Shown in pieces: positions 27,348-36,410 of a stretch of DNA of 64,000 nt (position 1 is its first letter; each line of letters begins with the position of its first letter). A program made the position numbers and the translations under genes. Source of the stretch: Planctomycetota bacterium (lineage in GTDB: Bacteria > Planctomycetota > UBA1135); assembly GCA_045047305.1 (NCBI GenBank), contig JASFYO010000036.1, positions 14,326-78,325 on the forward strand, in the 5' to 3' direction. The notes below the pieces were generated by a model that saw only the letters and a program-made list of their open reading frames with translations, was not told where the DNA came from and searched no databases.

Positions 27348-28661
27348 CTATGGAATGATGCGGCAGGCTCCACGGTTCTCCATCGCTAAGCGATAGAGGA
27401 AGGCACGTTCCTTTGGGCTTGCTCCCAGGGAAATAGTGCTGATGCGATTGCCCCGCCAGCGATTCCACCGCGCCACCCGTGCCAAAATACGTAGTGGGTC
27501 CACAATCTCACCGACGGATGGGGCGCCGTCACTTAGCAAAAGCACTTCCTCGACCCCTTCTTCTCCAAAAGCACGGTCCAAACCACCAAAAAGATTGGTT
27601 CCACCGGCAAAGGTATGCGCCTCCACGAATTCGGTGGCCTGGGCAAGAACCATTTGTGACACCGGCACCATTTTCTGCTGAAAATCATACAGATCCGATC
27701 CAAAAAAAATCACGTTAAAGCGCGCGGTCGACGGCAAGCGCGGAAGCATCTTCACAAATTCTGCAACCGACTTACTTGCACGAGTTTCTTGACGCTGTCC
27801 TGGCAAAACCCCATTCATGGATCCGGAGCTGTCCAAAACAAAAACCACGCGATCACTGTAAATCGGGATGCCCATGTAGGAGAGGGTCGCAGCCTCAGCA
27901 TTTGGATCTGGCTCACGGCGAAACTCGGTGCCGTCGGCCTTGTGCTTTAGATAGAAATGCTTCCAGGTTTTGTAATCATTGGCAATGCGGTAGCCAGTAA
28001 TAACTTGGAGCATCTCCACCACTTCATTCGCAGCACGCCCCTCGGCGACAGCGAGCAAGTCGATAAGAGCAGAGACATAATCTTGACTCGGTTCGCGACG
28101 CAGCACATCTAAGCACTCATAAAGCATGGCGCCTTCTTCCATTTGCAATCGGCGCAAGGCTTCCACCTCTGCAAAATGTGATTCGCGGTCGGCAAGTGCG
28201 CGCAAGGCTGCCATCCGTACCATGGGCTTTTCTTTGCGGTCGCGAAGGAATTGACGCCCCATCAACTCCCCAGTTTCACTTTGGAGCACCAAGGCATAAG
28301 TTACTTCGGCGCGCACTTCGGGCCTGCGGTCACGCTTCATGCCGGCCAACTCCTTCAAACCTTTAGGCCCGGCAAGGCCCAAACACCGCGCATAATCGGC
28401 CATGGAATCACCGCGTGCCATCGATTTCACATGGCGCAAGGCCTCGTAAGGAACTGGCTCCGAGCGATAAGCCAAAAGTTCCAAAGCCAACATCCGCACT
28501 TCTCCGCTTTGCGCCCGGTCTTTCAGCGATGCCACTAACTGAGCCTGGTTCGGCTCGGCAATCCGACCGAACGGACGATAGGAACTTCCATTCTTATAGA
28601 TTTCGCCCGTAGAAATGGGGCTTTGGAATGCCAGGAGAAGAAGAAGACTTAGGAATGCCAT
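27348..28661 (-). CDS. Secreted VWA-domain protein with N-terminal HEAT/ARM-like repeats
   Basis: There is a signal peptide (MAFLSLLLLLAFQSP). The N-terminal half has helical repeats. The C-terminal VWA domain carries the MIDAS motif VVFVLDSSGSMN. Confidence 0.75.
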   Translation of the reverse strand: MAFLSLLLLLAFQSPISTGEIYKNGSSYRPFGRIAEPNQAQLVASLKDRAQSGEVRMLALELLAYRSEPVPYEALRHVKSMARGDSMADYARCLGLAGPKGLKELAGMKRDRRPEVRAEVTYALVLQSETGELMGRQFLRDRKEKPMVRMAALRALADRESHFAEVEALRRLQMEEGAMLYECLDVLRREPSQDYVSALIDLLAVAEGRAANEVVEMLQVITGYRIANDYKTWKHFYLKHKADGTEFRREPDPNAEAATLSYMGIPIYSDRVVFVLDSSGSMNGVLPGQRQETRASKSVAEFVKMLPRLPSTARFNVIFFGSDLYDFQQKMVPVSQMVLAQATEFVEAHTFAGGTNLFGGLDRAFGEEGVEEVLLLSDGAPSVGEIVDPLRILARVARWNRWRGNRISTISLGASPKERAFLYRLAMENRGACRIIP

Positions 28662-28680
28662 GGCGGTGCTCCCTTACAGT

Positions 28681-29028
28681 ATGCACATGCTCCTCCGCAT
28701 TAACCTTGAACTTCCAGGTTTCCAGGATGCTCTGGCCGAATTCTTGCCTAAGGGCATGACGGTCGATTCTTGTGAAATGGACGAAAACGCACTCCGTTTG
28801 GCGTGCCGCGCCCCCATCATCGGCAAGCTAGTGCTGAAAGCTAAGGTCAGCGTGAAAGCCGGTGGATTAAGCCTGCGTGGCTTCGAATTAGAAGGTGCTG
28901 GCCTGGCACGCTCGATGGTGCTTGGCAAATTACGCGACAAGCTTTCCGGATTGGATGTCCGCAGCGGCTCCATGCGGGTCTGGGGGGATAGCGATGGGTC
29001 GGTAGCGTATCTATCATGGCCCCTATGA
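28681..29028 (+). CDS. Hypothetical small protein (start uncertain: 28660, 28681 or 28687)
   Basis: The coding-like translation is MHMLLRINLELPGFQDALAEFLPKGMTVDSCEMDENALRLACRAPIIGKLVLKAKVSVKAGGLSLRGFELEG.... The opposite-strand ORF 28674..29129 is R/S-rich and looks spurious. The 3' end overlaps the next gene by 13 nt. Confidence 0.5.
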   Translation: MHMLLRINLELPGFQDALAEFLPKGMTVDSCEMDENALRLACRAPIIGKLVLKAKVSVKAGGLSLRGFELEGAGLARSMVLGKLRDKLSGLDVRSGSMRVWGDSDGSVAYLSWPL

Positions 29029-31220
29029 AGGTGCAGAACCTGCTTCAAGGCGTCCTTGTTGGCGCTTGCATGGCCGGATGGGCTAGTTTGATCGAGGCGT
29101 TCTCGGTCTACAGCGCATTCCCATATCACGCCGACCCACTCGTTTGGGCGGCCCTCCTACCTAAATACCTCCTCTGCGGCGGCGTTCTAGGCCTCCTGTG
29201 CAGTTTAGCTTTGCCTTTGGTGAGCAGCTCCAAGGCGCGCAAGGACGATTTCAACCTTCATCACGGCATCCTCACTTTGGTTGCTGGCGTGAGCTTGGTG
29301 TTGCTGCTCGAAGCCCGCATGGTTTGGGTCCCGGTCGACGTCTCGACTCTCAGCACCAAGATGCTGGTGACCTTTGCCATGATCCTTGGTGGTGGTGTGG
29401 TGGCCTATGCGGTGCTTTACCGCCTGGCCTCCACCTCTTTTGGGTGGGCCTTCAGCTCCTTCTTTAGTCGCTTCGCCACCGTGGTCGGACTAGGCGTTTT
29501 AGTTGTGCTTGGCACGATTTCCATCGTACTCCCCGTGCGCCCGGCCTTACTCGCCGAACCTGACCGCGCCAGTGCCGCCATCGACGGCTCACCCAATGTA
29601 TTGTTTTTGGTGCTCGACACCACCTCGGCACGTCACCTTGGCACCTACGGTTATCACCGCGCGACTAGCCCGCAGCTCGATGCCTTCGCAGAAGAAGGCG
29701 TGGTCTTTGAAAATGCTTTTTCTGCCGCGCCGTGGACCCTGCCTTCGCACTGCTCCATGTTTACGGGTCTCCTGCCTAACTCGCACGGCACTGGCTGGAC
29801 CCGCCCCCGCCTGCCCGATGGCATGGCCGACGTTAAAGATTTAGTGCACTATGATGTCCACACGATTTCAGAAGAACTTGCACTTCGTGGCTACGACACC
29901 GCGACGGTAGCGGAAAAATCTTGGCTAACCTTTAACTCCGGCTTGTCTCAAGGCTTCGAAAAGTTTTATGACTACTCGTTGCCAAACCTTGAAGAGCGCT
30001 TCTTCCTCCATCGTTTCTGGACCCGCTACCGCAACAAGTTTGGTTCTCGGGTCACGCCTCCAGTCGACAAAGGAGGCGCGCGAATCGTGGAGACTGCGTT
30101 AGATTGGATCGGCGGAAATCGCAGCCGTGATCAAGACCGCCCGTTCTTCCTGTTCATGAACCTGAACGAGGCGCATGATCCATATCAACCACCAGAAGAA
30201 TTCTGGGGCCATTTCTTGCCCGAAGGCATTTCGATTGCCGACAGTCATGAACTCGATGCGCGCAACAATACCCAGGGTCAACATGAAATTATTCTTGGGG
30301 ATTGGGACATCAATGATCGAGACATGGAAATCTTCAAGTCGCTTTACGATGACGAGATCCTCTACCAAGATGGCTTGCTCGGACGCCTACTCGATGGCAT
30401 CGAAGAGCTCGGGCTTATGGAAGACACGCTCATCGTGATTACGGCAGATCATGGAGAGGAATTCGGCGAGCTCGATCACCGCGTAGGGCACCAGTTAGCT
30501 TTGGCCGACACCTTGCTGCATGTACCACTCATCATGCGCTACCCAAGTCAGTTACCCGCTGGCCGCCGTGTCGAGTCCCTGGCATCCACCATCGACATTT
30601 ACCCGACCATCTTAGATGTAATCGAAAACGCACATGGGCAAGGCCCTCCTGCGCCAACCGTGGAGCTCCTTTCCATCGAAGGAGTCAGTCAACTGCCAGC
30701 GATGCAAGACGGCATTCCGGTGCGGGACATAGTGATGGCGCACTACTTCAACCCGACTTCGTACCTCACCGGATTCGATGAATGGAATACCGATTACCCA
30801 GACGGAGGCTTGAGGGAGGAAGTCTCCCGCACTATGCGCTCCATCGATGTTCTACGCAGCGCCGATCACAAACTCTATATCTTTGGTGATGGGCAACGCG
30901 CTTTCATCAATTTAGCCGACGACCCACAGGAACTCGGCAGTATTGCGCAGACCATCCCTGAAAATATGGAAGAGCGCGCAGCCTTCTTTGAAGAACGCTT
31001 CTGGCGCCAGCTTGCCTCGTACGAAAGCGCACGGGAGATTCTAGTTGGTCAGCTTTCTTGGCACCGTCGCAACGTGAAGTGGCACAATGCGAAAGTGAAC
31101 ATAGATGCGAGCAACGTCACGTCGCTGGAGCAAACGGGATACGTAGGATCGACCGATAGCGACGGCACCGAAGCCAAGGAGCCGCTTACTCTGCCGCCGG
31201 TTCTGGATCTACCGAAATAG
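29016..31220 (+). CDS. Membrane-anchored sulfatase-like hydrolase/transferase (alkaline-phosphatase superfamily, LtaS/EptA-like layout)
   Basis: About 190 aa of TM helices precede the catalytic domain. That domain contains NVLFLVLDTTSARHLGTYGY (Thr/Ser nucleophile context rather than CxPxR), LFMNLNEAHDPY and ITADHGEEFGE. Confidence 0.7.
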   Translation: MAPMKVQNLLQGVLVGACMAGWASLIEAFSVYSAFPYHADPLVWAALLPKYLLCGGVLGLLCSLALPLVSSSKARKDDFNLHHGILTLVAGVSLVLLLEARMVWVPVDVSTLSTKMLVTFAMILGGGVVAYAVLYRLASTSFGWAFSSFFSRFATVVGLGVLVVLGTISIVLPVRPALLAEPDRASAAIDGSPNVLFLVLDTTSARHLGTYGYHRATSPQLDAFAEEGVVFENAFSAAPWTLPSHCSMFTGLLPNSHGTGWTRPRLPDGMADVKDLVHYDVHTISEELALRGYDTATVAEKSWLTFNSGLSQGFEKFYDYSLPNLEERFFLHRFWTRYRNKFGSRVTPPVDKGGARIVETALDWIGGNRSRDQDRPFFLFMNLNEAHDPYQPPEEFWGHFLPEGISIADSHELDARNNTQGQHEIILGDWDINDRDMEIFKSLYDDEILYQDGLLGRLLDGIEELGLMEDTLIVITADHGEEFGELDHRVGHQLALADTLLHVPLIMRYPSQLPAGRRVESLASTIDIYPTILDVIENAHGQGPPAPTVELLSIEGVSQLPAMQDGIPVRDIVMAHYFNPTSYLTGFDEWNTDYPDGGLREEVSRTMRSIDVLRSADHKLYIFGDGQRAFINLADDPQELGSIAQTIPENMEERAAFFEERFWRQLASYESAREILVGQLSWHRRNVKWHNAKVNIDASNVTSLEQTGYVGSTDSDGTEAKEPLTLPPVLDLPK

Positions 31221-33078
31221 CTTCCAGCACCCCGTACTGCTCCGCCCACGGACGCAAATCCCAAACCTCGGTACCTAAGTTGCCGAGGTTTTTGCTTGGC
31301 TCACCAAACATCTTTTCGATGATGGCACGACCTTGAGTCGACTGTTCCACCAAGTTATCCATGAACTGTTTGACGCCAAACAAGCGCATTTTTTCACCAT
31401 TCTTGACCGCAGGGTTAAAGCGGAATGGCATCAATGCCACCATCAGCTTCTGTTGCGCTGTTTCAGCTGGCTGCGGCGCACGGGAAGGAGCACGGAAGTC
31501 TGGCCTGCGGTGAAACACCACGAAGCGCACATCCTTATCCACCACCAGCTCGCGACGCCAAGCCTCTAACTCGCCGTCGCTAAGAATTTCTAAATCAACC
31601 GGCAGGAACTGCGGCAGCCCGAGGATGTCGGTATCGACTTCCGCTGGATGCAAAGCGCGCATCAAATCAGTCTGCAGTCCATCCAAAGCACTCGGCAAAA
31701 TGTGAGAGGTATAGCCCGCCAGCAAACGCTTCTGGTGAGAAGTTTGCAGCCACATGGTGTAGGCATCGCGGTAATCAATCGGCATTTCGAGAACGGCGTA
31801 ATCCATTGGATCTTCTGCCATCACCTCGTAGACCTTCGCCTGGCGCATGGCGATCGGTTTAGGTTTGGGCAGCTGCAACTCAAAGGCCATCAACACGATG
31901 AGCAAAAAGGTGGCTACGGCTCCGCGTTGAATCTGGATTTCTCGCAGGCCATAGGCAATCACACCAGTGATGCCCAGAATAAGCAAAATCAAGAAACGAT
32001 GCGGCACGCGAATCATGTTCAGCACTGGAAGGTGAGGAAATAGCGCCATCGGCATCGGAATGTTTTCCATCGCCCGATTCATCACCACCAAATGTGGGCC
32101 TTGCACCAGCAAAAATCCAAGCAAGAGTAGGCACCAAAAACTGCCAACACCCTTAGTCCGCACCCGCCATGCAGTAAATAACAGGATGAGCATAGTGGAC
32201 CACCCTAAAATGACCGGCCAAAACAGATGCCCGCCCAATCCATTTGGCGACATCCCGGTTAACTGCATTTCGCCGACATAGCGGATTGGATCCTCCAACT
32301 CGCCTCCTCCACCGGCTTCACCCATTTGATCCATCAACGGGCGCACGCCCGGAAGCATCAGCGCGGCGGCAATCCCACCCATCACTAGCAGCTGCAACCA
32401 GAACTTGGTGTCGGCGAAACGTTTATCACGCAGCATCTTCACCAGCAACAACGCGCCGCCGGCCATGGCGCAGAAAATTGGTTGATACCAATCGGTATAG
32501 CCGGAAAGGGCCAACATCGTTGCGGTAAAAATCACCGCCTTCCACGAACGGTGATCGTACATCCACAACAGCCCAAGCAACACCAATGCCATCCATTGGA
32601 ACTGCACGTTGTTTAACTGCGTAATCATCGCAGTGTGATATGGATTGAAGGTAAAAAACACCCCCGCGCCAAAGGCTGCAAGCGGAGCACCCGTGAGGTA
32701 ACGCGCTAAAGCCCATCCACCAAGCCCGCTGAACAGGAAGGCGGAGAGGAATAAGACGGTATGCGCTGTTCCAACCGTCAAGCCCAAGCTTTGCTGCAAA
32801 ACAGCCGCGGGTATCGAGTTGGTGAAGGAGATGGTGTGGAACGCCAGCGAGGTGCCCGTAGGAGAGAACAAGCGGTCCGTTTGGTAATAGGCTTGTCCTG
32901 CTTCTTGTGCGTGGTCCACCCACCACAGATTCCAACTGTTCTGGAAGAAGTCGCGACCGACCGACCATACCTGATCAGGATCCACCACCATGGGCCAAAA
33001 ATAAATAGCCGTCAGCCCTGCGAAACCAACCAACACCAGGAAGATTTCGCTAGCGGTGAGTTTCTGTCCTTCGTTCAT
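31186..33078 (-). CDS. Large polytopic membrane protein, GT-C/YfhO-like (function unassigned)
   Basis: The product is 630 aa. The N-terminal ~400 aa hold more than 10 predicted helices and the C-terminal part is a soluble domain. The 3' end overlaps the convergent sulfatase-like gene by 35 nt. Confidence 0.5.
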   Translation of the reverse strand: MNEGQKLTASEIFLVLVGFAGLTAIYFWPMVVDPDQVWSVGRDFFQNSWNLWWVDHAQEAGQAYYQTDRLFSPTGTSLAFHTISFTNSIPAAVLQQSLGLTVGTAHTVLFLSAFLFSGLGGWALARYLTGAPLAAFGAGVFFTFNPYHTAMITQLNNVQFQWMALVLLGLLWMYDHRSWKAVIFTATMLALSGYTDWYQPIFCAMAGGALLLVKMLRDKRFADTKFWLQLLVMGGIAAALMLPGVRPLMDQMGEAGGGGELEDPIRYVGEMQLTGMSPNGLGGHLFWPVILGWSTMLILLFTAWRVRTKGVGSFWCLLLLGFLLVQGPHLVVMNRAMENIPMPMALFPHLPVLNMIRVPHRFLILLILGITGVIAYGLREIQIQRGAVATFLLIVLMAFELQLPKPKPIAMRQAKVYEVMAEDPMDYAVLEMPIDYRDAYTMWLQTSHQKRLLAGYTSHILPSALDGLQTDLMRALHPAEVDTDILGLPQFLPVDLEILSDGELEAWRRELVVDKDVRFVVFHRRPDFRAPSRAPQPAETAQQKLMVALMPFRFNPAVKNGEKMRLFGVKQFMDNLVEQSTQGRAIIEKMFGEPSKNLGNLGTEVWDLRPWAEQYGVLEAISVDPEPAAE

Positions 33079-33491
33079 GCCAGCAGTGCAGCGCCTAAGA
33101 GGTAAACCGCATGCGCAGCGCCAAGCACCGTGAGGTCATAAGGTTTCCACTGCCAACTTCGGCGCTTTCTGCGCATCACCCAAGCAATGCTTGCTGCTTC
33201 TATGTTCCAAAACCATAACCAAGCCGCCACAAGCGCCACAACCCAGCCTAAGGTGTTGCCATCTAACTGAGAATCACTGAGACCCAAAGCACCGGATGCA
33301 TAAAGCACATAGCCTCCGCCTAGGCTGACCACCCGCGCCAGCAATAAAAGTTTCACCGTAGGGCGGAAGCTACGCCCTATCGTGAACCAGATGACCCACC
33401 AATGCAGGAAAAGGACAATCGGGACCAGGATGGGATGAAGGCAGGCGTGGAACAGTTCCGCTAACGGGCTCACGCCAAGGCCTCCTGGCAA
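33075..33491 (-). CDS. Hypothetical 4-helix membrane protein
   Basis: The product is 138 aa and hydrophobic. It has a 4-nt ATGA overlap with the downstream gene. Confidence 0.55.
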   Translation of the reverse strand: MPGGLGVSPLAELFHACLHPILVPIVLFLHWWVIWFTIGRSFRPTVKLLLLARVVSLGGGYVLYASGALGLSDSQLDGNTLGWVVALVAAWLWFWNIEAASIAWVMRRKRRSWQWKPYDLTVLGAAHAVYLLGAALLA

Positions 33492-33778
33492 CGCGAGCGT
33501 AATTCCTCGATAGTGAAGAGTCCGGTATCGTGGCCGTCATCGAACAGCACGCGATAAGCGTAGCGGCCGACGGGTTGCATATCCTTTAATCCAATGTCTT
33601 CCGGAACCTTTTCCGGATCCACTTGGCGCGCTCCGGTGATTTCATTCACGCAAAAAGCACAAGGGCAACTAATGCGTAACTCGCGAATGCCTAAGGCACT
33701 CACGAGTCCGTCCGACCAGGTAAACCTTAATTGGTCACCTTCCCGCTTTAGGCCGGTAAGCCGGGAGTCCATCGCCAA
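33470..33778 (-). CDS. DUF971 family protein (gamma-butyrobetaine-hydroxylase-like N-terminal domain)
   Basis: The motifs LRISCPCAFCVNEITG and YRVLFDDGHDTGLF match the DUF971 pattern. Confidence 0.65.
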   Translation of the reverse strand: MAMDSRLTGLKREGDQLRFTWSDGLVSALGIRELRISCPCAFCVNEITGARQVDPEKVPEDIGLKDMQPVGRYAYRVLFDDGHDTGLFTIEELRSRCQEALA

Positions 33779-33793
33779 GCTCGACCTTCGAGG

Positions 33794-34537
33794 TCAGGCT
33801 TCCATCTCCCGATCTTCTTGCGGCGATTTATCGTAACGCGCACGCACATTTTGCCGACCCATGTCGCGCAAGCGCAGGGAAGACTTACGCAGCCCAAGAT
33901 CATGCGCTTTGGAGACTACGCTTTTCACCGTTCGGTTTAAGTGATCGGCAATCGAAAGATTATCTTGTTCCGGGTAAAGTCGCCGAAGCTCCTCCACCTC
34001 CTCCGGACGCCAACGTGGCATCTTGACTGGAGGTCCAGAGCCAGCGCGGCGCTGGTAGCCCTTGTCTTTCGCTAGACAAAGTTCCTTCGCCTTTTCTTCG
34101 ATTCGATCCGCAGGGCGGCCAAGGATTAACGAAACGTCTTCAGTGGCGCGGGTGCCATAAAAACGCTTCAGGAGTTGCAGGTCAGCCGATGTCCAAGCGC
34201 GCTGTTGCACTTCGCCGCGAAGCTGGTGCACCTTGCGTTCAATCTCTCCGACAGGTCGGCGCAGAATGCGGGCGATGACATCGAAATCCGTAGCGCCAAG
34301 ATAGCCTTTCAGCTTGCGCACTTCCTTCGCTGTCCACGGGCCCATTTGGGCCTCGCCTTCAAAAACTTTGCCAATCATGCGGCGGACACTCTGCACTGTG
34401 CGGTTCAATTCCTGCGCAATCTGAACTTCTGTTTTGAAGCCATACATGCGTCGCAACCTTTCAATTTCCGGATAGGACCATCGTCCTTTCCGGCGACCTT
34501 GAGGGTTTGGGGAGTTCATTCCGTCAGATGCGGTCAT
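33794..34537 (-). CDS. Protein made of four tandem Myb/SANT-like helix-turn-helix repeats
   Basis: Four ~55-60-aa repeats are present: GRWSYPEIERLRRMYGFKTEVQIAQELNRTVQSVRRMIGKV; GPWTAKEVRKLKGYLGATDFDVIARILRRPVGEIERKVHQL; RAWTSADLQLLKRFYGTRATEDVSLILGRPADRIEEKAKEL; PRWRPEEVEELRRLYPEQDNLSIADHLNRTVKSVVSKAHDL. Confidence 0.6.
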   Translation of the reverse strand: MTASDGMNSPNPQGRRKGRWSYPEIERLRRMYGFKTEVQIAQELNRTVQSVRRMIGKVFEGEAQMGPWTAKEVRKLKGYLGATDFDVIARILRRPVGEIERKVHQLRGEVQQRAWTSADLQLLKRFYGTRATEDVSLILGRPADRIEEKAKELCLAKDKGYQRRAGSGPPVKMPRWRPEEVEELRRLYPEQDNLSIADHLNRTVKSVVSKAHDLGLRKSSLRLRDMGRQNVRARYDKSPQEDREMEA

Positions 34538-34647
34538 CGCAGTTGATTCTCGCTCGGGTTCCAGGGAGCGGGGTGGGGTGTGGAGTCAAACTCCACGTGT
34601 GTTCCAGTATCAGACAATTCATGGCCTCCGTGCAATGAAAAATCGTG

Positions 34648-36402
34648 CTAAGTCTTGTGGGAACCTACGCTTTCGACAACTTTCTGCCATGCCTGCGAGG
34701 TCAAATCATCCAAAATGCCTAAAGCATCCTTAGATGTACTCGCACGCGCAGCCTGTCGCGCAGTTTCCCGTAAAGACTCAATATCGACCTCTCGCAGCAA
34801 GGCTTTAATTTCTGGGACAAAAAGTGGGGACATGGAGAGGCCTCCAAAGCCCACTCCTGCGAGGAAAAACGCTCCTGCGGGCTGTCCGGCCATCTCGCCA
34901 CAAACCGAGGCTGGGACGCCAGCTTCTTGGCAAACCCTTGCGATGTAACGCAAGACGCGCAAATTCGCCGGATGATAGGGTTGATACAAATCGGAGACCC
35001 AAGGATTATCGCGGTCAACCGCAAACAAGTATTGAGTGAGGTCATTGGTGCCTACGGAAATGAAATCCACCTCCTTCACCAGGTCCGGCAAGGCCATGGC
35101 GGCGGCAGGAACTTCAATCATCACCCCAAAACGCACGCCCAGGTCTTCCGTACCGGCGATCGCGTAGAGCAAATCCTTCGCTTGGCGCACCTCCTCCACC
35201 GTGGTCACCATGGGCAACATAATGTTGACGCCACCATGCCCCCGGCATTCGCGCAATGCCTGCAGTTGCATCAGAAATAAATCTTGCCATTTCAAGCTCA
35301 AACGCAATCCGCGCCAACCCAATGCAGGGTTCGCTTCTTCCGGAGTGCTGAAGTAGCGAAGCGGCTTGTCTCCACCGATGTCCAGAGTGCGAAAGGTGAC
35401 GGTTTTGCCAGGAAAGCAGTTTAGCACCGAACTGTAGATTTCTTTCTGCTCCTCCACCGATGGGAAGGATGGGCGTTCCATATAAGCAAACTCAGTACGA
35501 AACAATCCAACTCCGCTAACCGTTTCCAAATCGAACATGTCCAAATCACGTGGCGACTCAATGTTCACCAAGATTTTGACTTCGGTGCCATCCGCGGTGT
35601 GTCCGGCTTCTTTTGCGGCATCGGCCAAGACATCGCGTACGTGCGAGAGTTCCGAGGAGCGGGTGAGTGCAGCTTCTTGCTCTTCGGTGGTTGCGCCGAG
35701 AATGACCGTAGCGCTATCACCGTAAACCACACAAGGTTGGCCAGAACGTGCCCGTTCATCGACTCCTTCCATACCGGTCACGGTTGGAATGCCATAACTA
35801 CGCGCGATCACTGCGCCGTGGCTGTAACGTCCTCCACGCGAACAAATGATGGCGGCGATTTTTTCGCGCGGATAGCTCACCACCAAAGTTGGGGTCAGCT
35901 CTTCCGCAACCAATACCAAACTTCCAGAGCCAACACTACGCGCCGCCTCAACATCGCTTTCGCTGAGTTGCTCGAGCACGGAATTCCATGGATCGCGCAA
36001 GTCGGCGGCCCAGGATTTCATGTCGCCACCTTCTAAGCTATCAAACAACTTGCCGAACTTATCCAGCAGGGCTTGAATGGCTGATTCTGGTGCCATCAGC
36101 TCGTCCATCACCCAGCGACGCAAATCCTTAACCGCTTCCGGGTCCATCAACACTGCAGCTTGGGCGGCGTAAATGGCAGCATCTTGCAGACCAAGTTCTT
36201 TCGCCGTGGCTGCTTGGATTTCCTCAAGCTTCTTAAGCGCAGCCGTTCGCGCATCCGTAAGGATTTTCCACGACGGCTCGGCATCGTGCGCATCGATGCG
36301 ACGCAAGGGAATGCGCCTTTTGGTGTGAGTTAGGGCTACGAACACGGAGCCAACCCCCACACCAGGTGCGATGTACGTTCCGTTTAGCTCGATGCGTTCC
36401 AA
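34648..36402 (-). CDS. ptsI: Phosphoenolpyruvate-protein phosphotransferase (PTS enzyme I)
   Basis: The phosphohistidine loop is GGRYSHGAVIARSYGIPTV. The PEP-binding barrel has FISVGTNDLTQY and VCGEMAG. At 584 aa with no GAF domain it matches EI rather than PtsP. Confidence 0.88.
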   Translation of the reverse strand: MERIELNGTYIAPGVGVGSVFVALTHTKRRIPLRRIDAHDAEPSWKILTDARTAALKKLEEIQAATAKELGLQDAAIYAAQAAVLMDPEAVKDLRRWVMDELMAPESAIQALLDKFGKLFDSLEGGDMKSWAADLRDPWNSVLEQLSESDVEAARSVGSGSLVLVAEELTPTLVVSYPREKIAAIICSRGGRYSHGAVIARSYGIPTVTGMEGVDERARSGQPCVVYGDSATVILGATTEEQEAALTRSSELSHVRDVLADAAKEAGHTADGTEVKILVNIESPRDLDMFDLETVSGVGLFRTEFAYMERPSFPSVEEQKEIYSSVLNCFPGKTVTFRTLDIGGDKPLRYFSTPEEANPALGWRGLRLSLKWQDLFLMQLQALRECRGHGGVNIMLPMVTTVEEVRQAKDLLYAIAGTEDLGVRFGVMIEVPAAAMALPDLVKEVDFISVGTNDLTQYLFAVDRDNPWVSDLYQPYHPANLRVLRYIARVCQEAGVPASVCGEMAGQPAGAFFLAGVGFGGLSMSPLFVPEIKALLREVDIESLRETARQAARASTSKDALGILDDLTSQAWQKVVESVGSHKT

Positions 36403-36410
36403 AGCTTACC

